From assembly GCF_009914755.1 (NCBI RefSeq), contig NC_060929.1: a DNA stretch of 64,000 nucleotides; one strand, written 5' to 3'. The stretch comes from the human T2T-CHM13v2.0 reference genome, Homo sapiens. The notes beneath the pieces were generated by a model. It did not search any database and was not told the origin of the DNA. It worked only from the letters and a program-made list of their open reading frames with translations. A program made the position numbers and the translations under genes. Shown piece after piece: positions 57,974 to 64,000 of this stretch (position 1 is the first letter of the stretch; every line of letters begins with the position of its first letter).

Positions 57974-58424
57974 TGGTGCAGGGCAGGCCAGCTCCAAAAC
58001 TGGGACTTAGCCTGGGGAGGTTCTTGGCTTTGCTCAGGAAAGATTTCAAGAGCGAGCCAGTGTTAGAAGAAAACAGCCTTGTTGAGGCAGTGGTGTTACA
58101 GATCCATAACTGCTCCTGCAGAGCAGGGCTACCCCACAGGCCGTGTGCTGAGAGCAGCAGCTCAGGGCAGTTCTGCTGTCATATGTATGCTCACTTTTAA
58201 CTACATGCAAATTAAGGGTCAGGTTATTCAGAAATGTATCAAAAAAGAGGAGTAACTTCCTGTTTTTTGCCATGGAAAGGGGCAGTAACTTCTGGGCGTT
58301 GCCATGACATGGTAAACTGTCATGGCGTTGGTTGGCATGTCTTATGAAGAGGTGTTTTGGTGCCTCTTCCCTGTTCCAGCCAGTCTTCAATCTGATCCAG
58401 AGTCCAGTCCTGCATCCTACTTCA
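57974..58424 (-). mobile_element. ERV1 solo LTR (MER66-like)
   Basis: TG...CA ends; GGTTCTTGGCTTTGCTCAGGAAAGA, GAGCAGGGCTACCCC, ACATGCAAATTAAGGG and TTGCCATGGAAAGGGGCAGTAACTTC; flanks AATT/AATA. Confidence 0.8.
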
Positions 58425-60259
58425 AATAGATGTTAACTCCTCTTCTCATTTTTGTCTGATGGTGAGGTTTCTAAGTAAAGGGAAGGGACTTTGCTGAAAA
58501 TGGTGACAAAGTCCCTCCCAGGGCAGGTTGGAGACTAAGACATACACTCCAAAAGGGATGTAAAAATCTCCGAGTAAGGTGAGATTGCCGTAGAAGGATC
58601 TCTGACCACTGAAGCACAAGGTGTCCTACCTTCTCTTGTATTGAGAGTGTAGGCCTTAATTCAAAATTTCAAACACTGAATAAAGTTCAAATAGTTGTCA
58701 AACTGCTGACATATTTTCTCCAATTGTAACAAAAAATGTGAATGTGGTGAATAATAGGATATCAGTGCTCAAAATCTATGTTTCTCATCTAAAATAATCA
58801 TATATGAAACTCCCATTTTTAGTTTCCAAGGAGAAGAAAATCCAGAAGTTTAAGCATATTAATATTTATGAGTTAAAGAGAATAAAATTTCTTTCAGGAA
58901 ATGGAAGATGTTAACAGTAAGAAAAGTTTTCAGGCAGACATTTGGAAGAAGCTAGGAAGAGAAGTTTTTTTTTAATAAAGATAACAAGATTTTTTTTCTC
59001 TTTTTCTTCAATGAAATTAAGAAAAAACCAATACCACACCATAGTGATCATATTAGTGGTAAGAAGAGGAAATAAGTTGATAATGACTAGTAGAGTGCAT
59101 TTGGAACAGACTGGAATAGTTCTAATAGCTAAAAAGTCTCATCCTAGAACTTCATTTAATTTAAACCTTTAAATAACTATTCGATATGAATAAATATTAA
59201 TAAGACTGTATCAGAAAGCTGCATAGCTTTCTTGGCTCTGTATGTACCTGACAAAAATTATGAAAGGCTGAACATTAAAAGAATTTTAAAAACAAATACA
59301 TAAATCCACTATTATTGTGTGTATATTTAACTTAACCTTCTCGGAAATTGATAGACCAAATAAAGCAAAAAACTACCAAAACCAAGAACACATGTGGAAA
59401 ATTAACAAAAATTGAACACACTATATTCTTCAAGACACATCTCAAAACAATTAAGACATCTACATTATATCTACCATGTTCCTTAATGGTAATTATTTGG
59501 AATAATTATAAATGAAAACTGAAAAAATAACCAAAAACATCCTATATTTTGGTAATATAAAAGCACACGTCTAAATTATTAGTGTATCAAAGACAAAATG
59601 ATAATGGAATATTAAAAGTTATAAAAATGTGATTTCCACCATGACTTAGTAGATGTATTATTAATCTATTTCACACTCACAGAAGTGGAATTAACAACCA
59701 TGCTTCAGTTCTTTGCCCAAGGATATACTAAGTGAATGCCAAAACCAGAAATTAAAGTCAAATCTTCTGATTCAAGAAACTGTCTTCTTTTTGATGCTTT
59801 TATAAGCCTGCACATAAAATAAGTAGTGTTATCAATAATACTAACAAATACTTTGTTTCACCTAATGAAGTTAATATTCATAAACTTCATGGAATATCTT
59901 AAGATTTGCTTGGTTCATCGCAGCAAATATACACAGGCCCTAAAATAACTTACCTGCTGTCACCTTTGAGTTAGGAGGAGGTTGTGTTAATGTGTATGGT
60001 GAGGAAGTGTAGGTGATAAGGACTGGACATTGTGTTGATTCACATTTATGCTCGTGAGGAACAATCATCATTCCAAATAAGCCACATTCCTTGGTAAGAT
60101 TCTTCATTACACACAAATATGACTGATTTTGTGCAAGTGTGGTTAAATCTGATTTCAAACATATTATGGAATATTCACATGTTTCTCTTCTATGCCTGCT
60201 TCCTTTTGGTCTCACCCTGTCTTTTGGCTTTGGATGTACCTGAATGCCAAGGAACCCTT

Positions 60260-61480
60260 CTTCTTACTACTGCAACCTCTGTCCTGAACTAGACTCAGAC
60301 GTCAGCCCCACTGCCTGCCCCGCTCCCATTTGGATGCCTGACAGACATCTCAAAATCGACAGGTCCAAACTGAACTCTCGGATCCCCAACTCAGCCCCGT
60401 CCAAACCTCTTCTATCTCGTCTCCTTCAGCAGATGGCCATGGTCTTTCGGGCTGCTCAGACCAAAAAGCTTTAAGTCATCCTCGACTCTTATCTCTTCCT
60501 TGTGTCCCACAGCCAGGAGGTGAGGAAATCTGGTTGGCTCAGCCTTCCTATATCTTCAGAATCTGACACCTTGTCACCACGCCAGAGCTCTGACTCAGTC
60601 TGAGCCATCATCTCTCCTGCCTGCATGTCTGCAATTCTTTCCAGCCAGTTGTCCTGCTTCCATGCTGAACTCTCAGCAGCCAAAGTCTCTCCAAGTCTCT
60701 CTGTGGAAGCTGAAGTCCTTAAGAAGGTGTAATAGTTCATTCTCACATTGCTAACAAAGACATACCTGAGACTGGATAATTTATAAAGGAAAGAGGTTTA
60801 ATTGACTCAAGTTCAGCATGGCTGGGGAGGACTCACAATCATAGCAGAAGGTGAAGAAGGAGCAAAAGCACATCTTACATGGTGGCAGGCAAGAGCGTGT
60901 GTGCAGGGGAACTGCCCTTTATAAAACCACCAGATCTTGTGAGACTTATTCACTATCATGAGAACAGTACGGGAAAACCCATCCTTATGATTCAATTACC
61001 TCCCACCAGGTCCCTCCCATGACACGTGGGGATTATGGAAACCACAGTTCAAGATAAAGTTTGAGTGGAGACACAGCCAAACCGTATCAGATGACCCTCA
61101 GCAGGCCACCCAATATGCCCTCATTTCAGCCCCTGACTGTGTCTCCCACCCACAGTAGACCCTGCACTGGCCCCTGGTGATCCTGAACCTCATCTGCCAT
61201 GACACCCCCGACCCTGAATATAGCAAGGTAGGCTGCAGTCTACCCAGCCTTCCCAGGCTTTCCTGGGAGCCCCGACTTGGGCCTACTTTTAATTTTTCTT
61301 CATTTCACGGTCCATCATATGTTAATATGTATTTAGTCATCTTGCTTATTGTTTACTTTCTATCTCCTTCAGAAAGATGGAAGACATTATTTAATGTTAA
61401 AAAAATGTGCTATCTGCTAATTAGTAACATTGGCCTAAGCCCTGTACACCAGCTTTTAGCAGGAACGAAACGACTCCCCA
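60260..61480 (+). mobile_element. L2 LINE remnant interrupted by a THE1 LTR
   Basis: TTGGATGCCTGACAGACATCTCAAAATCGACAGGTCCAAACTGAACTC and CTCAGACCAAAAAGCTTTAAGTCATCCTCGACTC are typical L2a blocks. Confidence 0.78.
60728..61089 (-). mobile_element. THE1B/C-like (ERVL-MaLR) solo LTR
   Basis: TGTAATAGTTCATTCTCACATTGCTAACAAAGACATACCTGAGACTGG...GACACAGCCAAACCGTATCA. Confidence 0.93.
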
Positions 61481-63389
61481 TGTATTAATTTCAATCTTGA
61501 CAATCAATGTGCTTCATGTTCTTGAGTCTGTGGTAGAGCCTGCCTTATTCATGTCATGAGCAACACACTTGATGAAATAACATAATAAAAATGCTTCTTT
61601 CATTCGGTGCAATGATTAATGTATCAGGTACCATTTTAATTTTATTAATGAAATATTTCACAGTAGTATTTCTTTTAAACTAAGTTAATAGAAACAATTA
61701 TTTTTTATCTATTTTCGCAGTGAGGCTTTAATAGAAGATATTCTACAAATATATTAATTTATACCTAATTTGTTTAAACAAAAAAAAACCTAGACAATAT
61801 TTTTTGCAAATTAATTATTAGATGTAGGGCTGTGAGTAACTTAATTTCTGAAGCCTCTTGGAGGGAATGGCATTAACACACTAAATGTCACATCAGTAGA
61901 CACAATGTGGGATGAGGTATACACAGATGGAATCACAATAGGAGGCTCAAAAGAAGTAGAAAGAGACAGCTATATATCTTCTGTGCTTCTTTTTAAATAT
62001 CTATTTTTCATTTCAGAGTTTCTCATTCCCTTAGGTGCAGTATGAACTTAAAAGCAACCTAGATTCTTCACAGGACTTTTAGAGTATATGATAGATCAAT
62101 AATTTGTTGGTTTGTTTATGAAATATGCCAACTTACTAGGACAGAGTCATTTTTAAGAGGAAGCCAAGATCAATATATATGTGCATAGATTTATGGGTGT
62201 TTTTGTTACAATCAGAATAAGTCTGTTTAAAGAACTCTAAACGGCAAGGCTGGCTGTTTTTACTGTGATCTATTGGCTCATGGGTGCCACTTTAATTCCA
62301 GAGACTAAAAATATCACATCTGAGACTTTTATTCTGATAAACTCTCCTTGAATGTAACTAATTTTAACAGCCAGATTTTTAAATTGCAGACAAATAACAA
62401 CCCAGCTGTAACTTCACAGCATAATCTCTAGAATTTGCTCCCTTTCTTAGGAGTACCAAATAATTGTTCCTGCCAATGGATTTTAGAGTTATAGCCTTCT
62501 GAATTATTATACTGCATTTTTCCCTTTACAGAATTAAAGAAAGGAAACAGAATTAGGGACTTAACAATGTGTTATGGCTTAAATATCAAACCACACCTGT
62601 GTTCCCACGTGACCCAGCTGTGATACCTTTCTTTGTGTAGCTGGCTGGATCTCAGCCATGCCACTCTGGATAATCTAGTTTGGGCAAAGACAGAAGACAC
62701 AAGTAAATGTCCTCATTCAGTTTATTAATTTCAGTGATACTTTCATTCTTTTGGTTTACTGAGCATAACTAGCTGGCCTACCGACACTGTAGAATTAGCC
62801 CAAAGACATGGGTTGGCTTCAGGTAGTCCAACTAAATAGAAGGGACGAGAAACATCGTGACATGGCAGCAACATCTTTATAAAGCTCCCATGGACATAAC
62901 TTTAAGATGAGTTATGGGGCAGGTTAATATTCTCCAGCTACAGAGATGGGAGTGTGGTAGTTATCTCCATCTTACATTTCAGTTGTGAGCATTTTCATCA
63001 TACATTCCTCACTGTGCATCTCACTTTAATGGTGAATGTAATAAACTTCTCTCACCCTTCCCCATCCTCAACTGCATGTAGGTTTCTGACCAGAAAAGTA
63101 AACACAGTGTCATTTAACTTTTAAAGTGTTAATCACTAATTGAAGGATAAAGACTGTTGTCTTTAAGTCTTAAAACTATTAAAATGAATTAAAATTGTGC
63201 GTGCATATGGAGAAGATGGGATCAAGGTTATTTTAGCCACAATTTCTTATTTGACAAATAAGAAATTAAACTTATTTTTTTCTTTCCATTCATAGTACTT
63301 GATAAGAGAATGATTCCGATTAGATCACCCCTAGGTAAACAGATTTTCTTCCTTTTAGGGATATGTGAGGAAAGACATTTAGAGTCTCC

Positions 63390-63990
63390 TCTCCTTGGCT
63401 CTTGACCTGAGCTTCTATTGTGCCATTGAGTTGGAGGGTGAAATCTGGAATGGCATACTCAAACACCTGCACTGTTCTTCCAAAAACAACCAAGCTGAAA
63501 TGGTAAACTACTCATCTGGTATCTCTTAAGCTAAGGTACAAAGGTGCAACATCATCAGTGAACACATTCGGTTCCATATGTACCTAAACAAACAGTGTAT
63601 TTCCAGCTTCCTCCTAATCTGATCCCAACTCATCTATCCCTCTTCTGCATCTCTTCCTGCTTCCCACCTGCATGCCCTCCTCCCCTTAGCCTACCATGTC
63701 TCACTGCTCCTGATCATGTGTGTCACTGCTAAGTCCCTGGGACTTTGCCCAGGGTCTATCTCCCTAATTGCTGTCATTAACTTCAGTTCCAGCTTTTTTA
63801 AGGGCCTGTAACACAGATTTTAGTGCACACTATCATGAGCTATTACATGCCGCCTTGCACCGTTCATTAAATGCTTCATATTTTGATTCCTCCATCAGAT
63901 TTAAAGTCCTCCGATGGAAGAGAGGATTCGGTTGAGTCAATCATGTAGGATAGAACTGGTTGCTTTACTAAGAAATTTTGCCAGGTGCAT
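63390..63990 (+). mobile_element. probable degenerate L2 remnant
   Basis: C/T-rich strand with L2-like CTCAAACACCTGC, CTTCCTCCTAATCT and CATCAGATTTAAAGTCCTCCGATGGAAG. Confidence 0.45.
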
Positions 63991-64000
63991 CAGACACAAT

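Overview
This is primate (most likely human) non-coding genomic DNA, AT-rich and dense in repeats. I find no intact protein-coding gene, RNA gene or CRISPR array, and the only ORFs I can assign to a protein family are remnants of LINE-1 or hAT transposases. Recognisable content: a full-length but inactivated L1PA7-like LINE-1 (48.9-55.5 kb) inserted into a Charlie/Buster-type hAT fossil; two 5'-inverted (twin-primed) L1s; several older L1M/L1ME pieces; ten Alus; MaLR and ERV1 solo LTRs; MER20, Charlie1 and MADE1 DNA elements; MIR and L2 remnants; and microsatellites. The most unusual signals are local rearrangements: a multi-switch inverted insertion copied from within the same L1 (52.3-52.5 kb), a 125-bp segment copied 3.1 kb downstream, a 431/435-bp head-to-tail duplication and several nested insertions. 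I found no evidence for a novel biological system. Subfamily names come from recalled consensus sequences and need RepeatMasker/Dfam confirmation.
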